Numbered from the stretch's first letter, positions 37,061-46,855 are shown. The stretch: DNA of 64,000 nucleotides from Bacteroidota bacterium (GCA_016192035.1 JACPUW010000030.1:6322-70321), one strand, 5' to 3'. Notes: a model not told the origin generated them from the sequence alone. Program-made: numbers and translations.

Positions 37061-37657
37061 ATGAAACTTACAGTGCTACTCATTTTAATTGCGGTATTGT
37101 TATTAGGTTATTCTTGCCAATCGCCTTCAGGCAATAAGCCATTGGAAAGTGCTGAACAGGAGTTGCTTGCCAAAATCGGTGATTCCATAATTGGCCGTGC
37201 GTCGGGGCGTTTGATGAAAGCTGTTTCAAGTGCCATAGACTCTGCGGGTCATGAAGGTGCTGTGTATTACTGTGCAGGCCATGCAGCGGGGCTCACCCAA
37301 CTGGGATTGGCACCTGGTTGGCAACTGGGGCGTATATCGCTTAGGAACAGAAATCCGGGAAATAAAGCGGGTAATGCCGATGCCCACATTCTAAAGGATA
37401 TGGCCAAACAAGGCGGTGCCAAGACAGCGGTACACCGGGTGGTGCAAGATACGGTTCATTACTACAAGCCCATAGTGCTTGCCGCAGCTTGTTTGGCTTG
37501 CCACGGCAATCCTGATCAAGTAGCCCCCAAAGTGGCCGCCGCTATTAAGGAAAGGTATCCCCACGACCAAGCCTTGGGCTATAAGGAAGGCGACATGCGG
37601 GGGGCTTGGAAACTGAGCGTCCTTAGGGAAACACTGGTTAATCTACATAGTAAATAA
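37061..37657 (+). CDS. DUF3365-like lipoprotein with a CxxCH c-type heme-binding motif
   Basis: Lipoprotein signal MKLTVLLILIAVLLLGYSC and a CLACHG motif (CxxCH) near the C-terminus. The overall family assignment is from memory. Confidence 0.55.
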   Translation: MKLTVLLILIAVLLLGYSCQSPSGNKPLESAEQELLAKIGDSIIGRASGRLMKAVSSAIDSAGHEGAVYYCAGHAAGLTQLGLAPGWQLGRISLRNRNPGNKAGNADAHILKDMAKQGGAKTAVHRVVQDTVHYYKPIVLAAACLACHGNPDQVAPKVAAAIKERYPHDQALGYKEGDMRGAWKLSVLRETLVNLHSK

Positions 37658-38021
37658 CCTCAACAGTAGAGTTGGCGGGTTCCAATTGAAACACCCGCCG
37701 GTGCCTAAACCATCTCAAGACGTTCTCATCGCCGTTAAAAAAGGTTGCATTGCCAAAGTCGTCTATGCGCACCTCGGTAATGACATACTCTTGAATACCG
37801 CTTTTTTCGGTTATCCGTATCAGGCTGTCCGACATGAAAATCTCCATTTTATCGCCGGCAAAGGATTCAGCCCCGATTTTCTTTCCATTCTCCCAGGTAA
37901 TTACTTCTTTGATATAGCTTTCTACCGTGGCGGGCTTTCCAAAATTATACCGCTTCACCGTTTGCGCGTGCAAAAACGCTGAGGATAAAAGCATAAAAAG
38001 TAGGCAGGCTTTAGTTCGCAT
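37638..38021 (-). CDS. Hypothetical secreted protein (127 aa)
   Basis: Signal peptide MRTKACLLFMLLSSAFLHAQ. Its 3' end overlaps the convergent DUF3365 gene by 20 nt. No family recognised. Confidence 0.4.
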   Translation of the reverse strand: MRTKACLLFMLLSSAFLHAQTVKRYNFGKPATVESYIKEVITWENGKKIGAESFAGDKMEIFMSDSLIRITEKSGIQEYVITEVRIDDFGNATFFNGDENVLRWFRHRRVFQLEPANSTVEVIYYVD

Positions 38022-38082
38022 GACAATGGCTAGTGTTCAATATTGAAAGGGGGTAACGAAAAAAGTCCCGGCGAAGTTGGGC

Positions 38083-38115
38083 ACACAAAAACAAAAGCGG
38101 CCTTTTTGGGGCCGC
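38083..38115 (-). terminator. Rho-independent terminator for the LytTR regulator operon
   Basis: On the minus strand this reads as the hairpin ggcggcc-cc-aaaaa-ggccgc followed by a T-rich run (ttttgtttttgtgt). Confidence 0.5.
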
Positions 38116-38259
38116 CTTCTGCCGGTGTTGTCCGCGCTATCCTGTGTGTTGGCGGCGCAATATTGGGTGTCCAATCTCCTAAAAATCTCACCCTATCGGG
38201 TGATTGAAAACCTGGTGCCATGTTTCCGAAACCATTGAAATTGGCTATTAAATAAGTGA

Positions 38260-38988
38260 TTATAGGGAGAAAAGATCCTTGAAACGGGCAGCTTGCCTGC
38301 GGGAAAATTCCACTTTATCCCCTCCGCGCAGGGTAATCATAAGGCCGCCTGAAAACCAAGGCTTCACTTCTTCTACCCAAGCCAGGTTTACGATGTGCTG
38401 CCTACTGGCCCTAAAAAACGCGCTTTCGTCCAAACGATCTCCCAGCGCGTTGAGTGACTTGTGAATCAGTGGTCTTTTTTCGCCAAAGAGTACCCTCACA
38501 TAATTGCCCACCGATTCAAATAGCCGCACATCGGCCAGTGTAACGAGCCAACAATTGTCGCCGTCTTTCACAAAAACACGGTCGCCTTGGTTCAATTTGA
38601 TGTCTTTGGCCTCGGCTTGGGCTGACCGTCGCGATTCTATGGATTCTATGGCTTTGTCAACCGCAGTTTTAAGCCGCTCGCGCTCTATGGGTTTCAAAAG
38701 GTAGTCTAGCGCGTTTACTTCAAATGCCTTGATGGCATATTCGTCATATGCCGTGGCAAAAATCACGTGCGGCACGTCTATGAGGTCTTCCAGCATATCA
38801 AAACCTGTTTTTTCGGGCATTTGAATATCCAGAAAAACCAAGTCAGGCTTGTGCAGTTCTATTTTTTCCAAGGCCTCACTGGCATTGGCCGCCTCGTCCA
38901 CCACGGCAATTTTCTTAAACTCGGCCAATAGGCCTTTCATTTCCTCGCGGGCCAGCCGCTCATCGTCCACTATTAGGGTTCGTATCAT
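38260..38988 (-). CDS. LytR/AlgR family response regulator (REC plus LytTR DNA-binding domain)
   Basis: REC motifs (LIVDDE, phospho-acceptor context DLVFLDIQMP) and a LytTR C-terminus (SRQHIVNL, WFSGGLMITLRGGDKVEFSRRQAARFKDL). Confidence 0.85.
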   Translation of the reverse strand: MIRTLIVDDERLAREEMKGLLAEFKKIAVVDEAANASEALEKIELHKPDLVFLDIQMPEKTGFDMLEDLIDVPHVIFATAYDEYAIKAFEVNALDYLLKPIERERLKTAVDKAIESIESRRSAQAEAKDIKLNQGDRVFVKDGDNCWLVTLADVRLFESVGNYVRVLFGEKRPLIHKSLNALGDRLDESAFFRASRQHIVNLAWVEEVKPWFSGGLMITLRGGDKVEFSRRQAARFKDLFSL

Positions 38989-39000
38989 GATTGTTTGGTT

Positions 39001-40074
39001 TTAGGCGCAATTTGGAATCCGAAGCATGGTAAGTACGCTTTCATCCGATTCGGTAAGCTCTATGGTGGCCCCCGATCCATAAAGGAGCTGCAGCCGCTGC
39101 CGGGTATTCACTAGGCCGTAGCCCTCCCTATCGGTAGAAGCCGTTATCTGCCCAGGGTTGCGTATTTCTATTATCGTTATTCCGTTTTGGCAATGGGCCT
39201 TTAGGCTTATGGCCCCTCCCTTGGCCAATTTGGATATGCCGTGTTTGATGCCGTTTTCTACCAGGGTTTGAAGCATAAGGGGCGGTATTTTCAGGGCGTA
39301 AACCGCAGGTTGTATGTCAAAGCTGTAGCTAAGCCGTTCCTCAAACCGGATCTTTTCTAGCTGAAGGTACTCCTCCACAATTTGCATTTCCTCCCTAAAA
39401 CTCACTTCTACCTGTTTGTCAAGTTGCAGTGTTTTTCTAAATATGTTGGCCAGGGCAGTTATGGCCTCGCGGGCCTTGTCGGGGTCCACCGCCACCAACG
39501 CCCGTATGCCGTTTAGCGAGTTAAACACAAAATGTGGGTTCAGCTGCGAACGCAACTTGTTCAAAGTGGCCTCCTTAATCATGGCCTCTTGCCTAAGGGC
39601 AGCCAACTCCGCCTTGCGGTAATTCTGGAAGTACTGTACACTGAAGTAAATCGCAATCCATAGGCTAATCACCAAGGAAGTATTGGTGAGCAAGCGGATA
39701 ACCAAGAGATTGCCCTCAAAATTTCCGGGTTGAATGGTGCCAAGCCACCAAAGAATGCCCAAATAAATGGCTGAAATGGACATGGACATGGTCAACACGG
39801 AGAAAAGGAGGCGTTTGATGAGCTTGGGCACCGGAAGGGATACCCATTGCTGGGCTTTGACAAAGGCCCTATATAGATGTGTGGCCGCCAAGCCAAGCAC
39901 GAAAAATATGGTCAGCGCCACCTGTTCTTCCCAAAGCAAGGCCGTTTGTTCGGGCTCACTGTTTCTCACCAGGTTGACCAACGTGGACACCAACCAATAC
40001 AAAAACCAGCCCCCTATCTGTAAGAGCCAATATACCTGCCGGTTAGGAGACTTTTCCTGATTCACTTGAAGCAA
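39001..40074 (-). CDS. LytS/YehU-type sensor histidine kinase
   Basis: An N-terminal multi-TM domain, a His_kinase H-box (LNPHFVFNSLNGI) and an HATPase_c. It is co-oriented with and 12 nt upstream of the LytTR regulator. Confidence 0.8.
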   Translation of the reverse strand: MLQVNQEKSPNRQVYWLLQIGGWFLYWLVSTLVNLVRNSEPEQTALLWEEQVALTIFFVLGLAATHLYRAFVKAQQWVSLPVPKLIKRLLFSVLTMSMSISAIYLGILWWLGTIQPGNFEGNLLVIRLLTNTSLVISLWIAIYFSVQYFQNYRKAELAALRQEAMIKEATLNKLRSQLNPHFVFNSLNGIRALVAVDPDKAREAITALANIFRKTLQLDKQVEVSFREEMQIVEEYLQLEKIRFEERLSYSFDIQPAVYALKIPPLMLQTLVENGIKHGISKLAKGGAISLKAHCQNGITIIEIRNPGQITASTDREGYGLVNTRQRLQLLYGSGATIELTESDESVLTMLRIPNCA

Positions 40075-40317
40075 ACAAAGCTAGAAAAGAAAAAGGCCAC
40101 CGACAAGGGCTTAACGGGTCGGTGGCCAGATTAGGAATGTAAAGTCACTGCCCTTGCGGGCAATGGTGTAAAAGTAGATGTGTGACCTAGGTGGTTTCTT
40201 GCCGCCTTACATAAATGGGAGTTATCCCGTTTGTGCGGTTTTGTCGGGCTAGTGGGCCATCAATTTGCCTTTCCCTTATTTTGCACCAATTTCTACACAG
40301 CGGATACTACAGTCCTT

Positions 40318-40854
40318 ATGATTTTATCGGATAGTGCCATCCTTGCTTCCATAGACAAAGGCGATATACTCATTGAGCCCTTTAAACGCGAATGCCTGGG
40401 AACCAATAGCTACGATGTGCATTTGGGAAAGTACTTGGCTACCTATAAGAACCGGGTGCTCGATGCCCGGGCACATAACGAAATTGAGGAAATGGTGATA
40501 CCCGAAGATGGGCTGGTGCTTTCTCCGGGTGTGCTGTACCTAGGGGTAACCGAGGAATACACCGAAACACATGCCCACGTACCTTTCTTGGAAGGAAAGA
40601 GTAGCGTGGGTAGGCTCGGTATTGACATACATGCCACTGCGGGCAAGGGTGATGTGGGCTTCTGCAATACCTGGACCCTGGAAATATCATGTACCCAGCC
40701 CGTGAGGGTGTATGCCGGTATGCCCATAGGACAGCTGATCTACTTTGCAGTGGAAGGGGATATAGACAACCCCTACCACCAAAAGAAGAATGCCAAGTAC
40801 AACGAAAAAACCATGAAACCGGTAGAAAGCATGATGTGGCGGAACAAGTTCTAA
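40318..40854 (+). CDS. dcd: dCTP deaminase
   Basis: MILSDSAILASIDKGDILIEPF...NSYDVHLG...GKSSVGRLGI are the characteristic Dcd motifs. The ORF-track start at 40231 is rejected. Confidence 0.85.
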   Translation: MILSDSAILASIDKGDILIEPFKRECLGTNSYDVHLGKYLATYKNRVLDARAHNEIEEMVIPEDGLVLSPGVLYLGVTEEYTETHAHVPFLEGKSSVGRLGIDIHATAGKGDVGFCNTWTLEISCTQPVRVYAGMPIGQLIYFAVEGDIDNPYHQKKNAKYNEKTMKPVESMMWRNKF

Positions 40855-40913
40855 ACACCCATAATCCGGTATTTCAACTATCTAAACATATCCGCATATA
40901 GCTATGTTGCTAG

Positions 40914-42056
40914 GTGGTAACCATTTTTTTTAGCAATAAAATGATGAGCAAGCACAATTTAAAGTTTGACAATTCCATCAACCGTGAATTTACCAAGGCG
41001 CTCATGGGCCGGGTGGACCATTATTTCAGGAGCAACAACCTGTCGCGCAATGCAGACTGGACCCTCCATGTGAAAACCGCAGTGGTTTTCGCCATGTTTT
41101 TTGTTCCTCTGGGGCTGCTTTTCACTTCCTTGTCCCAGTCGCTATGGATTGCATCTGCCCTATACGTTATCATGGGGGTGGGCAAGGCCTGCATAGGCCT
41201 ATGCATTATGCATGATGCCAACCACGGGGCATTTTCAAACCACAAGTGGGTTAATAACCTGTTTAGTTATTCACTGAACGCCATTGGGGGAAGCTCCACC
41301 AACTGGAAGATTCAGCACAACTATAAACACCACACATACACTAACATAGAAGGCCACGACGACGACATATCGCCGGCCAAGATCCTGCGGTTCTCGCCCC
41401 ATGCCAAGTATAGGCCCATTTACCGGTTTCAGCATGTGTATGCCTGGTTCTTTTACGGGCTTATGACATTTAGCTGGATACTATGGAAGGACTACAAGGA
41501 ATTGATGGCCTACCATCGAGATGGTTTGCTGGAAAGACACAAGACCAACTTGGCAAAGGAGATGGCGATTGTGCTCATTACCAAGATAGTGTACATAACC
41601 TATATGCTTGTGCTGCCCATACTCTTTACCGGCATGCCCGTATGGTTCATACTCGTTGGGTTCTTTGTGATGCACTTTGTGGCAGGGTTTATACTGGCCA
41701 TCATTTTTCAGCCAGCACATGTGGTAGAACAAAACGATTTCCTCCTTATAAAGGAAGACCAAGACAACGTGAACGATTCGTGGTTTTCACACCAGCTAAA
41801 GACTACCGCCGATTATGCACAGGGCAATAGGTTGTTTTCTTGGTTTGTGGGCGGCCTTAACTTCCAGGTAGAGCACCACCTGTTTCCCTCCATAGCCCAC
41901 GTGCACTACCATAAAATAGCCCCCATAGTGCAGCAAACGGCCCAGGAATACGGCATTCCTTATCACAGTTACCGCACTTTTGGCGGTGCCATCCGCGCAC
42001 ACTACCGCATGTTGAAACTGCTAGGCCAACCTGATGCAGGCCTTCGATATAGCTAA
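40914..42056 (+). CDS. Membrane fatty acid desaturase family protein
   Basis: Three His-box motifs (HDANHG, HNYKHH, QVEHHLFP) and multiple TM helices. Confidence 0.8.
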   Translation: MVTIFFSNKMMSKHNLKFDNSINREFTKALMGRVDHYFRSNNLSRNADWTLHVKTAVVFAMFFVPLGLLFTSLSQSLWIASALYVIMGVGKACIGLCIMHDANHGAFSNHKWVNNLFSYSLNAIGGSSTNWKIQHNYKHHTYTNIEGHDDDISPAKILRFSPHAKYRPIYRFQHVYAWFFYGLMTFSWILWKDYKELMAYHRDGLLERHKTNLAKEMAIVLITKIVYITYMLVLPILFTGMPVWFILVGFFVMHFVAGFILAIIFQPAHVVEQNDFLLIKEDQDNVNDSWFSHQLKTTADYAQGNRLFSWFVGGLNFQVEHHLFPSIAHVHYHKIAPIVQQTAQEYGIPYHSYRTFGGAIRAHYRMLKLLGQPDAGLRYS

Positions 42057-42087
42057 AAAAAAAGCCCCGATTTCGGGGCTTTTTTTA
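42055..42087. terminator. Bidirectional rho-independent terminator between the convergent desaturase and T9SS-protein genes
   Basis: A9, then the gccccg-attt-cggggc hairpin, then T7. Confidence 0.6.
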
Positions 42088-42101
42088 TATGATCATGCTG
42101 G

Positions 42102-42872
42102 TTATTGCACCACAAGGTGTTGTACGCCTTGCCCTTTGTCGTCCCTGGCTATCACCAGGTATGTGCCCGGCAGCAGGCCGTTGGCCAACACATCTCCCAC
42201 GGCACCATCACTTCTAAAGACCTCCTTGCCCTGAAGGGTTACTATGCGCACGTCAAGGGGGGTTGGCAAGTGAAGCGCCACTTGGCCGCTAGAAGGGTTG
42301 GGATAGACGCTTACCTGCGTTGGGTTCAACTCTTGATCCATTGATGTGGAACTGCTTATTGTCAATGAGTTGGTATAGATTTTATCGCCGGTGGGGTTAC
42401 CGTCGCCGTTGCTGGCATTGCCGGCAGCAAACAGGGTAACCGTGCCTTCAACGGTAGAGGGGGCTTGCCATTCAAAGGTGAATGTGCCGCTGCTGCTGGG
42501 GCTGGCATGCTGCACGTAGTTGTTGCCGCCGCTGGTAAACAACTCATTGCCCGAAAGGGGCTTAAGGTTGCCTACAGGCTGGTTGCTGGAATTGAGCATG
42601 GTGGCCTGAAACCCTCTTTTGGAACTGGTTTCATCGTTCACGTTCACTGTTATGGTATAGGTTTCACCGGGCGTGTATCCTTCAATACCAGAAAAAGAAA
42701 GGCTGCCCCCTCCGCTATTGGCTGTCCCCATGTGGCATACCGTGCAGTTGTTTCCGCCTTCTTTGGGCGAACCCGAAGCGGCAGCACTGGGGCCTGAAGC
42801 GTTGGACAATAGCACTAGGCCAATGGGCAAACTCAGGACGGCGGCGGCAATAATGGTACGTGTAAACTTCAT
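42102..42872 (-). CDS. Secreted protein with an N-terminal CxxCH motif and a T9SS C-terminal sorting domain
   Basis: Signal peptide, then NCTVCHMG (CxxCH) about 40 residues in. A Ser/Gly/Thr-rich beta region, then a CTD (VYPNPSSGQVALHL...GTYLVIARDDKGQGVQHLVVQ). Confidence 0.65.
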   Translation of the reverse strand: MKFTRTIIAAAVLSLPIGLVLLSNASGPSAAASGSPKEGGNNCTVCHMGTANSGGGSLSFSGIEGYTPGETYTITVNVNDETSSKRGFQATMLNSSNQPVGNLKPLSGNELFTSGGNNYVQHASPSSSGTFTFEWQAPSTVEGTVTLFAAGNASNGDGNPTGDKIYTNSLTISSSTSMDQELNPTQVSVYPNPSSGQVALHLPTPLDVRIVTLQGKEVFRSDGAVGDVLANGLLPGTYLVIARDDKGQGVQHLVVQ

Positions 42873-43006
42873 TGGTTGGTGTTTTTTGGGGTTTAATGTT
42901 ATGACATGTAATTTCTACATGCCCAAAAAACTGATATATATTAGGTTTTGTTTAGGCCATGCCGCTGACCGGGCCATAAAAAGCCATTTTGCCCTAAAAA
43001 TGGTCC

Positions 43007-43456
43007 CTACTTTACCTTAAAAGTTTTTTCAATGGTTTCTCCGTCCACCAACACTTTCCATTGTAGGGTGGTGTTCTCCAGTTTCAGCAGATCGGCGGTA
43101 AAGGTTGTATCCGCCATTTTCAAGGTTATCTTCTTGTTGGGCTCGTCCAGGGTATAGCCACCCCGCTCCAGGGCAGGCTCGGGGTTTACCGTGCATGTGG
43201 TAGTTCCCGCATCTATGTTGTAATTGCCGTATGTATCAAAAACATAGATATTGTCCATTTCACAGGCCTGGTTACTGGCGGTTATGTCATGTCCGTTATA
43301 CAATTCCTTGTCCAAGAGCCAATAGCGTTCATCCCCGCCGTGCAAGGCCCACTCCATATCGGTGTAGTCAACTATGGGCTCATCGGGCTCCTGTGGATTG
43401 CAGGCCGCGATGAAGAGGAGCAAGGTGAGCGCGGCAATCGATAACGTGGTTCTCAT
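43007..43456 (-). CDS. Hypothetical lipoprotein (about 150 aa, lipocalin-like size)
   Basis: Lipoprotein signal MRTTLSIAALTLLLFIAAC. The 91-codon N-extension in the ORF track is rejected. Confidence 0.45.
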   Translation of the reverse strand: MRTTLSIAALTLLLFIAACNPQEPDEPIVDYTDMEWALHGGDERYWLLDKELYNGHDITASNQACEMDNIYVFDTYGNYNIDAGTTTCTVNPEPALERGGYTLDEPNKKITLKMADTTFTADLLKLENTTLQWKVLVDGETIEKTFKVK

Positions 43457-43595
43457 ATCAAACAGGGGTTTTAATGCGATAATACAAATAATTGGCTTTT
43501 TGGGTGGCCGGTAGTTGTGGGCAATGATGGGATATATGTTGCTATCAATGAATTTGTAGATAATTTTGAGCCCATCAATCAGATCAAACGAGCAA

Positions 43596-44009
43596 ATGAT
43601 GAGGTATTTCCCTTTCTTATTGGTTACTGTGGTACTTGTATCGGCCAGTTCATTCATTGCCCCCCCGCAGGAGGAAGAGTGCCCCTGCAAGAGCAAAGAA
43701 GAACTCACCCAAGAAGACTTGCTGTGCATGAACAGTGCGGCTAAGATTTATTCTTGCCTCAACGGGGTGGACATAGCCCCTGAGGATGTTTTTTCATGTG
43801 AATGGACCATCTACACGGGTGAAGAAACCATACTCAATAGGTATGATAAGGATGAAATGCCCTTGATAATCAAAAACAACATTTTAAGGGCAAAGAAACT
43901 GTGGATCAGGGGTCTGCGTTTGCGTGGTGAGGATAGGAAACCAAGTGATACCTACCTGCGAAAGCCTGCCAAGATTGTGTTTAAGGAGCACCGGAAAGTG
44001 CCCAACTAG
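43596..44009 (+). CDS. Hypothetical cysteine-rich secreted protein
   Basis: Signal-like MMRYFPFLLVTVVLVSASS, six Cys in the mature part and a basic C-terminus. No family recognised. Confidence 0.35.
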   Translation: MMRYFPFLLVTVVLVSASSFIAPPQEEECPCKSKEELTQEDLLCMNSAAKIYSCLNGVDIAPEDVFSCEWTIYTGEETILNRYDKDEMPLIIKNNILRAKKLWIRGLRLRGEDRKPSDTYLRKPAKIVFKEHRKVPN

Positions 44010-44040
44010 GGGTATCACCAGCCACATCCCCCCCCCTGGT

Positions 44041-44685
44041 TTAATCTACCAGGCCTGCCCGGATGGCATAGCGGATGAGCGCAGCTATATTCTTGGCATC
44101 CAATTTCCTCATTAGGTTGGTGCGGTGGGTGTCCACGGTGCGATGGCTAATAAAGAGTTTGTCACCTATCTCCTTGTTTGAGTAGCCCTGAGCTATCATC
44201 TTTAGGATTTCGATTTCCCTTTCGGTAAGTGAGGTGTCTATCTCAAAATTCTGGAGTTTTATTTTGGAGCCGTCGGTCATGGAAGCCAAGCTCATGGTCA
44301 CCTCCGGCGAAAAGTATTTTTCGCCCCGTACCACCTTGCGTATGGCTTCTATCAATTCATGTTGATTGGTATTTTTTAGCAGGTAGCCATCAGCCCCCAC
44401 CTCCAGTACTTTCTGTATTATTCCCTTTTCGTTGTGCATGGTGAGCACCAATACCTTTACTTCAGGGTGTTTCTTTTTGATAATCTCGGTGGCTTGCATA
44501 CCGTTCATTATGGGCATGTCTATGTCAACCAAGACCACGTCCAGCTTGAAATTGTCGGCAACCAAGCACAAATCCCGTCCATTGGTAACATCTGAAACAA
44601 GTTCAAAATCAGGAACTTCATGTATTAGCGATTTCAGCCCGTCCAACACCAATTGGTGATCGTCTGCCAATGCCAACCTTACCAT
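44041..44685 (-). CDS. NarL/FixJ (LuxR-type) response regulator with no adjacent kinase
   Basis: REC motifs (LADDHQLV, DVVLVDIDMP) and a LuxR HTH (LTEREIEILKMIAQGYSNKEIGDKLFISHRTVDTHRTNLMRKL). Confidence 0.85.
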   Translation of the reverse strand: MVRLALADDHQLVLDGLKSLIHEVPDFELVSDVTNGRDLCLVADNFKLDVVLVDIDMPIMNGMQATEIIKKKHPEVKVLVLTMHNEKGIIQKVLEVGADGYLLKNTNQHELIEAIRKVVRGEKYFSPEVTMSLASMTDGSKIKLQNFEIDTSLTEREIEILKMIAQGYSNKEIGDKLFISHRTVDTHRTNLMRKLDAKNIAALIRYAIRAGLVD

Positions 44686-44797
44686 CTTACTTATTAATTA
44701 CCGCCGTGCTTACAGTTGCGAAAAGTAGGGTTTATTCCTTTAACAATGTCAAGTGCAATGTCAACGGACGCTCACTTTATGGCTAAAGGACACATTA

Positions 44798-45430
44798 TCA
44801 ATAGCTATATACCAGCGCGTAGTCTTCTATCCACTCAAACTGCATGGGCATGGTAAGCGATTCACCACCTTTTAGGTACCTCAACTTAAGCCGGGTATCG
44901 GCAATGGGGTCAAAGGGCAGCACCCGCAAGTGTTCCTTAAAATCAATTCCCCCACCGCCCAGCCGTTTAAAGGCGGCTTCCTTGGCGGCCCAAATAAGCA
45001 GGCATTGGTCGGCCCGGTGTAAATCTTGTATAAATGCCCATTCGTCCATATGCACAAACTTGTTGGCCACCTTGAGTATCCTATCGTGGCGCGGTTCCAG
45101 GTCTAGGCCAGCGGGCCTATCGCCCACTATCACCCCTACCATGCCTTGGCAGTGGGTAATGGCCACCTCAAAGTCGTAATTGATGATAATGGGTTTGCCC
45201 ATATGGTCCCATTCCATGAGTATGACCCCTTTGGGCTGTATGATCAAGCGAATGAGTAGCCTGGTGGCCAACCATTGTACCCTACGGCCTTCCGCTTTGA
45301 TAGATCCCAGAAAGGCGTGTTCTTCTTCATTGAGCCACAGTTGGTCCATAAAGTGCGATTCGGGCTCTTCTAAGCGCCATATGCCTAAATAATTGGCCCC
45401 TGACAAGGGGCGGATCTCCACTAGCGCCAC
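44798..45430 (-). CDS. 4'-phosphopantetheinyl transferase (Sfp/EntD-type)
   Basis: The conserved W/KEAxxK motif (WAAKEAAFKRLGGG) and the upstream GxD region. 210 aa. Confidence 0.7.
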   Translation of the reverse strand: MALVEIRPLSGANYLGIWRLEEPESHFMDQLWLNEEEHAFLGSIKAEGRRVQWLATRLLIRLIIQPKGVILMEWDHMGKPIIINYDFEVAITHCQGMVGVIVGDRPAGLDLEPRHDRILKVANKFVHMDEWAFIQDLHRADQCLLIWAAKEAAFKRLGGGGIDFKEHLRVLPFDPIADTRLKLRYLKGGESLTMPMQFEWIEDYALVYSY

Positions 45431-45476
45431 CTATTTTTGCATTGGTTCCACGGGGTAAAATTATATTCCCTAACCC

Positions 45477-46382
45477 ATGAAAGTCTTGGTTTCCCCACTG
45501 GCCTACCAGGCTGCCCATACAGATGCTGTGTATGCCCTTCACCCCGCTGGCCACGGAGCATACTATTCCGGATCGGGTGACGGGCGGTTGCTCTCGTGGC
45601 GGATGTCCACTCCTGATACGGCTATTATGCTGGCCAAAGTAGATGGATCTATCTATACGATCAATATCCTGGATAATAACCGGATAGCCATCGGAACCAA
45701 TAGGGGTGAGCTATATGGGGTAGATATGGGCCACAAACGGTTGGATACATCACTGGAGCTGGGCCAGGGTATATTTTGTTCCCTGGTGCAGGGGCACACG
45801 CTATGGTTGGGATGTGCCCTGGGCTACATCTATCAGGTGGATTTGCGCGACTGGAGTACCCAAGGGCCTTGGAAAGTGGCCGGGCATCATGTGAGGTGCC
45901 TTTGTTCATGGCCAGCCGCTGGCTTGGTACTGGCTGGCAGCAGCGACCGTAGCATAGTAGCGCTCAGTACCAATGGATCAGTGGCTTGGAAGCAAGAAGG
46001 CGCACATGATGATTCCGTCTTTACATTGGCACTAACACCACAGGGGCACTTGCTATCAGGGGGTAAGGATGCCTATATCAAACAATGGGAAATGCTTGAG
46101 AATGGCCTTGCCCAGATTAATGGCATTCCGGCCCATCTCTTTGCGGTGAATCAACTGGCCCTACACCCCAGCGGAAAGTGGTTTGCCAGTGCCAGCCGCG
46201 ATAAGACCATTCGGCTGTGGGAAACAGAAACCCTCCTGCTGATAAAGGTAATCAACCGGGAGAAGATGGCCGGCGCATCCACCCATTCTGTCAACCGTAT
46301 TATGTGGCTTGACCACCACCATTTGGTGGCAGCAGGCGATGACCGTGTGGTACGGGTTTTTACCTTGGAATGGCAGGATTAG
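45477..46382 (+). CDS. WD40-repeat beta-propeller protein
   Basis: Repeated GH...WD-like units (SGSGDGRLLSWR, SGGKDAYIKQWE, SASRDKTIRLWE, AAGDDRVVRVF). Confidence 0.7.
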   Translation: MKVLVSPLAYQAAHTDAVYALHPAGHGAYYSGSGDGRLLSWRMSTPDTAIMLAKVDGSIYTINILDNNRIAIGTNRGELYGVDMGHKRLDTSLELGQGIFCSLVQGHTLWLGCALGYIYQVDLRDWSTQGPWKVAGHHVRCLCSWPAAGLVLAGSSDRSIVALSTNGSVAWKQEGAHDDSVFTLALTPQGHLLSGGKDAYIKQWEMLENGLAQINGIPAHLFAVNQLALHPSGKWFASASRDKTIRLWETETLLLIKVINREKMAGASTHSVNRIMWLDHHHLVAAGDDRVVRVFTLEWQD

Positions 46383-46855
46383 GGCAGCAAGGGGGCGATA
46401 CCGCTTTTGCGCAATAGTCCCAGGGTTTCGCCCTTGCTGTGTATGTCCATCACTTGCAGCGTGACACTGGCAAAACATACCCTTTGGTCTTCTTCATCAC
46501 AAATCACCACATGCCATAGGTGTGTGCTGCGCCCTAGGTGAAAAGGAGTGGCTGTAGCGGTGATATGGCCACTGCGCACGGGTCTTAAATGTTTGCATGA
46601 CAGATCGGTGCCCATGACAAACTCTATGGAGCGGTCCACACATAGGTATCCCCCCAGGCTTGCCACGGTTTCGGCCAGGCTGGCCGAAGCCCCGCCGTGC
46701 AAAAAACCAATGGACTGCACCGTGCGGTGGTCTATGGGCATGGACGCGCTGATTTCGTTGGGGCCTATATGGGTGATCTCTATGCCCAAATGGTCAATAA
46801 TGGTGTTTTTGCAGCACAGATTCAATAGGGCTGTATCAACGGAGGTATCAATCAT
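46379..46855 (-). CDS. PaaI/hotdog-fold thioesterase family protein
   Basis: Core MIDTSVDTALLNLCCKNTIIDHLGIEI...GFLHGGASASLAETVAS..GTDLSCKHLRPV, typical of PaaI/YbgC-like thioesterases. The ORF-track N-extension is rejected. Confidence 0.65.
   Translation of the reverse strand: MIDTSVDTALLNLCCKNTIIDHLGIEITHIGPNEISASMPIDHRTVQSIGFLHGGASASLAETVASLGGYLCVDRSIEFVMGTDLSCKHLRPVRSGHITATATPFHLGRSTHLWHVVICDEEDQRVCFASVTLQVMDIHSKGETLGLLRKSGIAPLLP

Noticed and set aside
43457-43729. A 91-codon N-extension of the 43007 lipoprotein
   Set aside because: An internal Met begins a clean lipoprotein signal (MRTTLSIAALTLLLFIAAC). The extension is low-complexity.
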